From the NCBI GenBank assembly GCA_963767925.1, contig CAVYGB010000009.1:64001-128000 (forward strand): a stretch of 64,000 nt of DNA. Direction: 5' to 3'. Origin of the DNA: an uncultured delta proteobacterium. Lineage in GTDB: Bacteria; Myxococcota_A; Polyangia; Fen-1088. The notes below the pieces were generated by a model. That model was not told the DNA's origin and made no database searches. It saw only the letters and a list, made by a program, of their open reading frames with translations. Positions within the stretch are counted from its first letter, which is position 1; each line of letters starts with the position of its first letter. Made by a program: the position numbers and the translations under genes. This document shows, piece by piece, positions 28,220-36,320 of the stretch.

Positions 28220-29266
28220 ATGAAGCACTGCGCCGAGACCGTCCTTTCCCCTCCCTCCAACTTCCCGCCGCGGGGCTACCTGGTCATCCTGACCGGTCTG
28301 GTCCTCGCGCTGGTCCCCGCGGCTGGCTGCCGCCGCGGCCTCGAGCCGCCAGGGATCGAAGAGATGCCGATCGATCCCACCGGGAGCAGCCGGCCGTCGG
28401 CGATGCCGCGGCCGCCGTCGATCGACCCGCCCGCCGGCGCGGTGCGGCCGGCTCCGTCTTCGATCGCGGACGGCGGTAGCGACGGCCGGTCGCCAGCCGA
28501 CGGTGCCAGCGATGTGGCGGCGCTGCCGCCCCCGCCTCCGCCCACGCCCGCGCCGCCCGCGCCATCGCCACCGGATGGCGGGGTGGGGGACACCGGCTCG
28601 ACGATGGGCCTGGACCGAGGGCTGCTGCTGCTGCTGCGGCTGGAGGATGGCCCCGGTTCGCTCGTCGCGCGCGATGACTCGGGAAACGGCAACCGCGTCT
28701 CGCTCGTGGGTCTGGATCCGGCCAAGGCCTGGGTTCCGGGAAAGTTCGGCGGCGGGCTCGATTTTCAGATCGGCAGCGGCGCCCGGACCGGCCACCTCGC
28801 GGTGGACGGGTCGCCCAGCCTCGACCGGATCCGGACGGCGCTGACCATCGCGGTCTGGATCGTCCGGCCCGCGGGCCGGCACGGATCGATCGTGGCCCGG
28901 CGCTCGGCCTTCGGGGCGTCGGCCTACCAGCTCGAGATCGGCGGCGGCGACTCGCCCGAGGCGCTGCTCGAGGCCGAGGGTGGCCCCCGCCTCGCGCTGA
29001 TGACGGATGCCAAGGTGATGGCAAACCGCTGGACACACCTGGCCTTCACCTACGACGGCCAGGCCGGGCGCCTGTACGTGGACGGCCAGGTCGTGAGCCG
29101 GGCCCCCTACACCGCGCCGCTCGCCGCCGTTCCCGGCTCGCCGCTGCTCATCGCCGCCGACCTGCGGCTGGACCCCCGCGCGCCCCTGTTTCCCCGCCTG
29201 GACGACCTGCGGGTCTACGACCGAGCGCTGTCGGACGCCGAGGTAGCGGCGCTCGCCGGCCCGTAG
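28220..29266 (+). CDS. LamG-like (ConA/laminin G) domain lipoprotein
   Basis: Lipobox AAGC, Pro-rich linker, DDSGNGN, WTHLAFTYDG...LYVDG, LDDLRVYDRALS. Confidence 0.85.
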   Translation: MKHCAETVLSPPSNFPPRGYLVILTGLVLALVPAAGCRRGLEPPGIEEMPIDPTGSSRPSAMPRPPSIDPPAGAVRPAPSSIADGGSDGRSPADGASDVAALPPPPPPTPAPPAPSPPDGGVGDTGSTMGLDRGLLLLLRLEDGPGSLVARDDSGNGNRVSLVGLDPAKAWVPGKFGGGLDFQIGSGARTGHLAVDGSPSLDRIRTALTIAVWIVRPAGRHGSIVARRSAFGASAYQLEIGGGDSPEALLEAEGGPRLALMTDAKVMANRWTHLAFTYDGQAGRLYVDGQVVSRAPYTAPLAAVPGSPLLIAADLRLDPRAPLFPRLDDLRVYDRALSDAEVAALAGP

Positions 29267-29501
29267 CCGATCAGGGGTCCGCGCCTGTTGCTGTCGGCAA
29301 GCGGGGCAGGTCGATGGAGAAGACGCAGCCTTGTCCGGGCAAGTCGCGCACCGCGATCAGGCCGTCGCTGGCCTCGACGCCCTTGCGGCTGATGTGGTGG
29401 CGGCGCTGGCGCGGAGGACGTCGTCTCGGGCCGGGGGCGGCGCGGCCCGGGAGACGACGTCTCCGGCCGGCGCCGCCTCGGTCCGTTCACTTCTGTCTTG
29501 C

Positions 29502-30428
29502 TCAGGGCAAGCTGGAGTGAGAGGCCCGCTCGACGACGATCTCAACGCGGCGGTTGTTTGCCCGTCCCTCGGCGGTGCCGTTCTCCGCGACGGGCCGCTC
29601 CTGACCGATGCCTTTGGCCGTGATCTTGTCCGCGGGATAGCCCCGGGAGACCAGGTACGACCGCACGGAATCGGCCCGACGCTGCGACAGCGACAGGTTC
29701 GACCCGCGCGCGCCCCGGGAGTCGCTGTGTCCCTCCACGATCACGGTGCGTTCCTTGGCCGCCATGAGCGCGCCCGCGACATCATCCAGGCGGGTCTGGG
29801 CCGCGGGGAGCAGCGCGGCCTGGTTGGTGGCGAACAGGACGCTGCCCGAAAGGGTGATCACCAGGCCGCGCTGTTCTTCCTTGGCCGCCAGCTTGGCCAG
29901 GGCCTCGTTCGCCGCCACGGCTTCCTGCTTGGAGGCGGCGGCCTTGCTGTCCGCCTCGGCGCGCGCGGCCCGCTCGGCGGTCAGATCCGTGGCCATCGCC
30001 TGTTGCGTTCTGCCCGCTTCGGCGAGCTGGGCCTGCGTCTTGCCGAGGTCGCTCTTGGCCCCTGCGAGCAGCTCTCCCTGGCGCTTCTGATATGCTGCCT
30101 CGGCCGCCTGGCGCTCGCCTTCGGCCAGCGCGGTGGAGCCGGCCGCCTCGGCCGTCTCCGCCTTGCGCTCCGCCACGTAGGCCAGGTCGGTCGCTTCGGA
30201 CTCGGCGCCGGCGGAGAAGGCCTGCTCGGCCCTGTCGAGGGCGACCTTTGCTTTGTGCAGCTCGACGGAGGCCGCCTTGCCCTCCGCGCTGGCTGCCGCC
30301 TGATCGTACCTGGCCCGCGCGCTGACCAGTTGCGCCGGGGGCGCGGTCGCGCAGCCGAGCAAAGCCACGAGCGGAAGCAGCCTGGTCCACTTCCGGCCAC
30401 CAACACCACCACCATCGATCGTCTTCAT
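29502..30428 (-). CDS. OmpA-family lipoprotein with N-terminal DUF4398-like helical domain
   Basis: LLGC lipobox; RGLVITLSGSVLF, VEGHSDS.G...N..LS.RRA, NRRVEI; alternative start at 30458. Confidence 0.92.
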   Translation of the reverse strand: MKTIDGGGVGGRKWTRLLPLVALLGCATAPPAQLVSARARYDQAAASAEGKAASVELHKAKVALDRAEQAFSAGAESEATDLAYVAERKAETAEAAGSTALAEGERQAAEAAYQKRQGELLAGAKSDLGKTQAQLAEAGRTQQAMATDLTAERAARAEADSKAAASKQEAVAANEALAKLAAKEEQRGLVITLSGSVLFATNQAALLPAAQTRLDDVAGALMAAKERTVIVEGHSDSRGARGSNLSLSQRRADSVRSYLVSRGYPADKITAKGIGQERPVAENGTAEGRANNRRVEIVVERASHSSLP

Positions 30429-30454
30429 TTGTCCGTCCTCAGTCGAATCGCCAC

Positions 30455-30808
30455 TCATCTGACCGTGCCTTCCATGGTCCTGACCTTCTCCTTGGCCTTC
30501 TGAGCGTCCGCGCGGGCCGCGCTGCTGCGCGCGAGGGCCAGCGCCAGCTCGGCGTCCGCCTGGGAACGCATGAGCATCCGGGCGGCATCGGGCCGCTGTT
30601 CCTCGGCCGTCATGGTCCGGGCCCGTTCGAGCTGCTCCTTGGCGAGCTGCAGTCGCAACGCCGCCTCGGGGACCCGGGCGGCGCCGAGCTCCTCGGCGGA
30701 GCGGATCGCGGCCGAGGGTCCCTCCGTGTTCTGGGGGTAAGCTGTCGTGGCGCAGGCTCCCAGCCCGGTCAGCAGCGAGAAAACGATCAAACCTGTTCGT
30801 GAAGTCAT
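30455..30808 (-). CDS. DUF4398-like small lipoprotein
   Basis: LGAC lipobox; AIRSAEELGA...A.L.LQLAKEQL...ADAELALALAR; typical partner of the downstream OmpA. Confidence 0.85.
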   Translation of the reverse strand: MTSRTGLIVFSLLTGLGACATTAYPQNTEGPSAAIRSAEELGAARVPEAALRLQLAKEQLERARTMTAEEQRPDAARMLMRSQADAELALALARSSAARADAQKAKEKVRTMEGTVR

Positions 30809-30853
30809 GACGCTCCCGATTCCCTTCTTGGCAGAGTCCCTGCGCTGGGCCTC

Positions 30854-30869
30854 AGCAAGTTCGATGCCG
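30854..30869 (-). promoter_or_regulatory. Sigma54 -24/-12 promoter for DUF4398-OmpA
   Basis: CGGCATCGAACTTGCT (GG-N10-GC). Confidence 0.7.
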
Positions 30870-31006
30870 CTGAGCGCGTCCTGACACCGCAGCGAAATCC
30901 GGGTGGTGGCCGCGCAAGACCCGGCGCCTGGAGGGAACGATTCTCCGCAAATTGCGCGATCGGCGCCTCTGCGGGCACGGGTCACGACGAGGGACCCGGC
31001 CGGGCG

Positions 31007-31351
31007 TCACCCGCGCCCGGGGCCTCGAGGGGGAGGTTCGGACCGGGAGGCGCCCGCGGGCGGGGCCCGTTCGGCCTGCGACCGGGCGAAGCACACGAGC
31101 TCGTTGAGCAGCCGCTCGAGGCGACGGAGCGCCTGCTCCACCCGCTTCGCCACCGGCTTCAGGGTGGCCGGTCGACAGCCGGGTTGCTCGACTCGCTGCT
31201 GGAGCACGGCCAGCTGCAGGAGCGCGCCGTTGAGGGGGTTGTGCAGCTCGTGCGAGATCCCCTCGGCCAGGGGGCCCAGGGCCGCCAGCCGCTCGACCAG
31301 AGACGCCCGGCCCGCGGTCTCGTCCGCGGCATTCAGGTCGACGTCGTTCAT
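31007..31351 (-). CDS. Stand-alone HisKA (DHp) domain protein
   Basis: LAALG.LAEGISHELHNPLN H-box; no HATPase domain follows. Confidence 0.7.
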   Translation of the reverse strand: MNDVDLNAADETAGRASLVERLAALGPLAEGISHELHNPLNGALLQLAVLQQRVEQPGCRPATLKPVAKRVEQALRRLERLLNELVCFARSQAERAPPAGASRSEPPPRGPGRG

Positions 31352-31378
31352 GTTTGCCCAGCCATGTTGCCCGAACCC

Positions 31379-31394
31379 AGCAGACCCCGTGCCA
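31379..31394 (-). promoter_or_regulatory. Sigma54 promoter for the HisKA-only gene
   Basis: TGGCACGGGGTCTGCT (GG-N10-GC). Confidence 0.65.
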
Positions 31395-31463
31395 GGAACA
31401 AAGCCGAGCTTTGGCGGGCGCTTGCGCCGTCCGCCGTCACGGGCGGGGACCCGGAGCGCGCAA

Positions 31464-32912
31464 TTACCGGTGCAGGCGCTCGTGTCCGACCAATCGCTGC
31501 GCGGCTTCGCTGCCGGAGTGTGGCGCCGCGACCGTCCCCAGGGCCGCCGCTCTCGGCTCGTCCTTGGGCGCGCTCCCGTACTTTTGCATGCGGTACTGAA
31601 CGGCGCGCACGCTCATCCCCAGGATGGCCGCGGCCTTGCTGGTCGAGCCGCCCGTCGCCTCCAGCGTGGCCAGGATCGCGTGGCGCTCGATCTCTGCCAT
31701 CGTCGACCCCGGGATGATGACCGCCGCTCCGTCCGCCGACGGTGGCCTCAGGTTGGCGGGCAGCTCACCGGAGGTGATGCGGGGACCGCTCGCCAGCACC
31801 ACCGCCCGTTCGACGACGTTCTCGAGCTCGCGGACGTTCCCTGGCCAGTCGTAGGCCGACAGCCGGGCCATGGCCTCGTCGGTGAAGCCTTCGACGCGCT
31901 TGCCGTTCTGGGCGGTGAACTGGCGAAGAAAGTGGCTGGCCAGGACGCCGATGTCCGAGCGCCTGTGGCGCAGGGCCGGCGTCTCGATGTTGATGACGTT
32001 GAGGCGGTAAAAGAGGTCCTCCCGGAAGCGACCGCCGGCCACCTCGGCCCGCAGGTCGCGGTTCGTCGCGGCGATCACCCGAACGTCGACCTTGAGGGTC
32101 TCGTTGCCTCCCACCCGCTCGAGCTCGTGCTCCTGCAGAAAACGCAGCAGCTTGACCTGCATCGCGGGCGAGATGTCGCCGATCTCGTCGAGGAAGAGGG
32201 TGCCCCGGTCGGCCTGCACGAACCGCCCCTCCCGCCGCCCGACCGCCCCGGTGAAGGCCCCCCGCTCGTGGCCGAACAGCTCGCTCTCCAGCAGAGACTC
32301 GGCCAGCGCCCCGCAGTGCAGCTTGACGAACGGCCCCTTGGCCCGCGGGCTCCGCTCGTGGATGGCCGCGGCGATGAGCTCCTTGCCGGTCCCCGATTCT
32401 CCCGTGACGAGGATGCTCGCGCGCGACCCCGCCACCTGGACCACGGTCTTGAACACCGCCTGCATGGCGGGGGCGCTGCCCAGGATGTGCTCGAAGCTGT
32501 AGCGCTCGGCCAGACGCGCGCGGAGGTGACCGGCTTCGCGCTGCAGCCGGAGTCGCTCCATCTCGCGCCCGATGCCGAACGACAGCTCGGTGACGTTGAG
32601 CGGCTTCATGAAATACCCGGCCGCCCCCTCGTGCAGGGCGGCCACCGCGTTTTCGACGGCCCCGTACGCGGTCATCACCAGCACGACGACGTCGGGGCTG
32701 TCGCTGCGCAGCTTCTTGAGCAGCTCCACCCCGTTCATCCCCGGCATGCGCAGGTCGGTCAGGACCAGATCGGGCCCGAACTCCTGCACCTTGCCCAGCG
32801 CCTTGAAGCCGTCGGCTGCGGTCTCGACCAGGTAGCCATCGGCGCGCAGCAGCTCGCCCAGGGCGGTCCGGGCATCCGCCTCATCGTCGACAACCAGCAC
32901 TCTGCCCTTCAT
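31464..32912 (-). CDS. Sigma54-dependent response regulator (NtrC/AtoC family)
   Basis: REC domain; GESGTGKE, GAFTGA, LFLDEIG, FREDLFYRLNV, WPGNVREL; Fis-type HTH. Confidence 0.96.
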   Translation of the reverse strand: MKGRVLVVDDEADARTALGELLRADGYLVETAADGFKALGKVQEFGPDLVLTDLRMPGMNGVELLKKLRSDSPDVVVLVMTAYGAVENAVAALHEGAAGYFMKPLNVTELSFGIGREMERLRLQREAGHLRARLAERYSFEHILGSAPAMQAVFKTVVQVAGSRASILVTGESGTGKELIAAAIHERSPRAKGPFVKLHCGALAESLLESELFGHERGAFTGAVGRREGRFVQADRGTLFLDEIGDISPAMQVKLLRFLQEHELERVGGNETLKVDVRVIAATNRDLRAEVAGGRFREDLFYRLNVINIETPALRHRRSDIGVLASHFLRQFTAQNGKRVEGFTDEAMARLSAYDWPGNVRELENVVERAVVLASGPRITSGELPANLRPPSADGAAVIIPGSTMAEIERHAILATLEATGGSTSKAAAILGMSVRAVQYRMQKYGSAPKDEPRAAALGTVAAPHSGSEAAQRLVGHERLHR

Positions 32913-33052
32913 GTGTAGACCGGCCCGGAAGATGGAGCCTCCAGCTTATGGGCCGGAACGCCCGCCGGCGCAATCCGCGCGTTCTTCGCGCGCCCCGAAG
33001 AAACGGAAGGGCCGTCGAGGCCCATCGCGTTGCCAGTCAGGGATCGCGCGCG

Positions 33053-33760
33053 CTACGCCATCTGCAGGGCCAGGACCATGGCGTCGGCGCCCACCGCGGC
33101 CGAGGTGGCCTCGAACACGGCCTGGCAGAGCCCCTCCGGGTCGCGCGGACAGGCGGCCACCAGGCTCGTGAGCCCGCGCTCGCCGAGGGGATCGGAGGGG
33201 CCTGCCAGGGCGTCGCTGATGCCATCGGTGACCAGCACCAGGACGTCGCCCAGCGAGAGGCGAAAGGCGGTGGCGGGGAAGAGGGGATCGGCGACGACTC
33301 CGAGCGGGGGGCCGGCGGGCCCCTCCAGCATGACCGCCTGGCCAGTGCGCACCTTCAGCAGCGGAAGGAAATGGCCGGCGCTGGCGACGACCGCCTCACC
33401 TCGGCGGCGGTCGATGCGGACGGCGGTCGAGCAGACGAAGCGATCGAAGAGCCCCTGCCGTTCGAGCCAGCCGTTGGTTCCACCCAGCACCACCGAGGGA
33501 CTGGAGCCGCCCACCGCCCGCCGGCGCGCCTCGCGCCTCACCCGTTCGGCGAGCGCGGCGGCGGTGGGGCCGTTGCCCGAGACGTCCGCGATCATCGCGG
33601 TGACCTTCCCGTTGCCGTGGTGGACCATCTCGAAGAAGTCCCCGCTGAGCGGGGCCGGTGGATGCTGTCGGACCGCGAAGCGAACGAAGGGAGCCTCGAG
33701 CCCCGGGCGGGTCAACAGGTCGGACCGAAGCGTCCGGACTCTGTTCTCGACGGCAAGCAC
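33053..33760 (-). CDS. SpoIIE/PP2C-type serine phosphatase (stand-alone)
   Basis: SGDFF, IADVSG.G..AA, SAGH, TDG..DA, terminal D..VL; GTG start at 33760 inferred from the promoter. Confidence 0.85.
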   Translation of the reverse strand: MLAVENRVRTLRSDLLTRPGLEAPFVRFAVRQHPPAPLSGDFFEMVHHGNGKVTAMIADVSGNGPTAAALAERVRREARRRAVGGSSPSVVLGGTNGWLERQGLFDRFVCSTAVRIDRRRGEAVVASAGHFLPLLKVRTGQAVMLEGPAGPPLGVVADPLFPATAFRLSLGDVLVLVTDGISDALAGPSDPLGERGLTSLVAACPRDPEGLCQAVFEATSAAVGADAMVLALQMA

Positions 33761-33772
33761 GGAAGCTGGCTG

Positions 33773-33788
33773 TGCAAGCGGCACGCCA
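33773..33788 (-). promoter_or_regulatory. Sigma54 promoter for the PP2C gene
   Basis: TGGCGTGCCGCTTGCA (GG-N10-GC). Confidence 0.75.
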
Positions 33789-33983
33789 CGCCAAGCGCCC
33801 GCCTTCCTCCCGACCCGGATGTCGGGAAGCGGAGGGCGAAGCCCTCGTGCCCGCGACACCCCTGGTTACCCCGGCGGATCGCCGCTCCGGTTTCTGCGCG
33901 ATCCGGTGGCCGGGCAAAAATCCCATGATTTCACCGACGTCGCGGGAAGAGAGCCCCACCTTGTGAGTGAAGGCGGTACAACG

Positions 33984-34427
33984 ATGATACTTGTTGTCGA
34001 CGACGATGCGGACATCCGAGAGGCGGTTGGTCTGTTTCTGCAAGCGGATGGTTACCGGATCGGCCGTGCCTCCAACGGCAAGGAAGCCATGGCCTGGCTG
34101 CTCTCCCGGGAGGCTCCCGGCGTGATCCTCCTCGATCTCACCATGCCGATCATGGACGGCCAGCAGTTCCTGACGATCAAGGAGGCCGATCCGGCCCTGG
34201 CAAACATCCCGGTCGTCGTGATGACCGCCGTGTCGGATTGCTCGCAGCTCATGATCGACCACCAGGTCTCCGAGTGCCTTGCGAAGCCAGCTTCGCCCGG
34301 CGCCCTGCTCGATGCCCTCGAACGCGCCCGCGCCGGAAAGGGTCGCCCGATCGTCACCGAGCGGTTCGAGGTGGAGGAGATCACCGGGCAAGAGGCCAAT
34401 TCATCCCGCGCCCGGTTCAGAGGCTGA
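33984..34427 (+). CDS. Single-domain response regulator (REC)
   Basis: ILVVDDD, ILLDLTMP.MDG, IPVVVMTA, KP. Confidence 0.9.
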   Translation: MILVVDDDADIREAVGLFLQADGYRIGRASNGKEAMAWLLSREAPGVILLDLTMPIMDGQQFLTIKEADPALANIPVVVMTAVSDCSQLMIDHQVSECLAKPASPGALLDALERARAGKGRPIVTERFEVEEITGQEANSSRARFRG

Positions 34428-34506
34428 TACCGGGAAGCCCGGGGACCTCGCTGGCCGAGCTCGAGCGGCTCGGGGCTCCGCTCGGGCCGCGGGCTACCGG
34501 CTGGGC

Positions 34507-35679
34507 TCAAGGACGGTGGCGCCGGGAGGGACGGGCTCGCCACTTTTCACCGAGGCGGGTCAGGGCGTAGCGGGACGTCTCTCGCAGCAACAGGACGGCG
34601 TGGTGCAAGGGCGCCGCGGGACCGGCGTCGTAGCCGAACGTCCGGGCCACCGGCGAGACGAGCGCGTCCACCAGCGCCTGCACCCGACCTTCGAGGGCCA
34701 CTCTCCCGCGCGCGCCGGCGATCACGCCGGGCGCGCCCGCCTCGAAGGAGGAGTTCGGCGCCACCGCGCGCCCGAGCACCTCGGGCTGCAGGAGCCCGGG
34801 ATGCCGGGAGAGGGCCAGGAAGCTGCGAACGCGATCCATCTCCCGCTCCGGTGATCCGCACAGGTCCTCGTAGCGCACGACGAGGTACCGCGCGGGAAAG
34901 CGCTCCCGGTTGTCGCGAGCCAGCCGGAAGGATCGGCCGATGGACCAGGCGTGGCGCAGGGAGCGGTCTCCCGCGAGGCCGGCGGCGCGATGGAGCTCCC
35001 CGAGGGAGGCCATGGTGGCGGCCGGATCGCGCACGAGCTGGATGAAGCGGGCGCCGGGAAAGGCGCCCGCCCAGAGGGCGGCGTGCCGCTCGTTGAGCGG
35101 GGTCTTCTCGATCCAGCCGCGGGCGCGATGCCCTGGCAGCGCGGCGTTTGCAAACGCGGCCACCAGCGCCAGGAGGAGGGCGAAGGGCGCCCGGTCGGGC
35201 CAGGCCTCGACGATGGCGGCGTGCCAGCCCAGGAGCCGGCGGGCAAAGCTCAGGTAGGGGTTGCCGTCCGGTCCGCTGCGGCCGAGCAGGAAGTGCGGCC
35301 CGTGGTTCGGATCGACGAGGCGGCTGATCCACTCGGCCGTGAAGCGGTCCGCCTCGTGCTGCCCGACGCTGGCCCGCCTGGCGTAAGCGAACGAGGACAG
35401 GTAGGTGGCCTCGTTGGGCAGGACCACGACGTCGGGATGGCCGTCGAGCAGGTTGCGAAGGAGCGTCGTGCCCGTCCGGTGGTGTCCGCAGATGAACACC
35501 GGATGCTCCAGCCAGGTCAGCGCCCGCGTCCGCTCCGACGCGGCCGGCGGGATCGCGCCAAGCCGGCGGGCCTCGCGAGCGAGCTGCGCCGCGTACGACC
35601 CCAGGCGGAGCAGCAGGAGCGGCCGGTTCGCCGCCGGGCCTCCCGGGAGCAATCCGGAGATCTCCGCCTCGATCTTCAT
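34507..35679 (-). CDS. Sulfotransferase family protein
   Basis: FICGHHRTGTTLL (5'-PSB), LDGHP, EKTP, VRDP...S (3'-PB), RYEDL. Confidence 0.88.
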   Translation of the reverse strand: MKIEAEISGLLPGGPAANRPLLLLRLGSYAAQLAREARRLGAIPPAASERTRALTWLEHPVFICGHHRTGTTLLRNLLDGHPDVVVLPNEATYLSSFAYARRASVGQHEADRFTAEWISRLVDPNHGPHFLLGRSGPDGNPYLSFARRLLGWHAAIVEAWPDRAPFALLLALVAAFANAALPGHRARGWIEKTPLNERHAALWAGAFPGARFIQLVRDPAATMASLGELHRAAGLAGDRSLRHAWSIGRSFRLARDNRERFPARYLVVRYEDLCGSPEREMDRVRSFLALSRHPGLLQPEVLGRAVAPNSSFEAGAPGVIAGARGRVALEGRVQALVDALVSPVARTFGYDAGPAAPLHHAVLLLRETSRYALTRLGEKWRARPSRRHRP

Positions 35680-35812
35680 CCGGCTCGATGGCTCCGACCT
35701 CGCCCGAGTCTACCCGAGGCGAGCGCGACATGGGTCCGGTGAGCGACCGCAGGGTGGGCCGCCAGGTCCTGCCTGGGCGGACGGGGTGGCGGGGCGGTAA
35801 GATGGCGCTGCC

Positions 35813-36148
35813 ATGACGACCGAGCCGGCGCACGTCCGACAGATCACCGTTCAGGAGCTGCGAGCCATGCTGGACGCGGGGACCCCGCTCGAGCTGTGGG
35901 ACGTACGGACCGAGGCGGAGCGCAGGGTCGCCCGCATCGAGGGCGCCCGGCACCTCGATCAGGCGGGCGCCGAGCACATCGAGGATCTCGACCGGGGCAC
36001 GCTGCTCGTCTTCCACTGTCACCACGGGATCCGCAGCCAGTCTGCCGCCCAGCACTTCCTGGCCAAGGGCTTCAGCAACGTCTGCAACGTCGTCGGGGGC
36101 ATCGAGGCCTGGTCGGTGCAGGTCGACCCCTCCGTCCCCCGCTATTGA
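35813..36148 (+). CDS. Rhodanese-like domain protein
   Basis: DVRT..E, CHHGIRS active loop, GGIEAW, DPSVPRY. Confidence 0.92.
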   Translation: MTTEPAHVRQITVQELRAMLDAGTPLELWDVRTEAERRVARIEGARHLDQAGAEHIEDLDRGTLLVFHCHHGIRSQSAAQHFLAKGFSNVCNVVGGIEAWSVQVDPSVPRY

Positions 36149-36320
36149 TCGCGAAGCCGGCCGCGCCCCGGCTGGCTCACAGCGGCGAAGCGTCCGCTCG
36201 TCGCGGCGACCTTCTGAGGCGGTCGAATCGTGATTTCGCGCTGACAAGACCCGGTCCTGTCGCCAACAGACAGGACCGGAGGGCCTATCCCGCCTGCCGG
36301 CCGGCGCCTGCCCGGGACCG

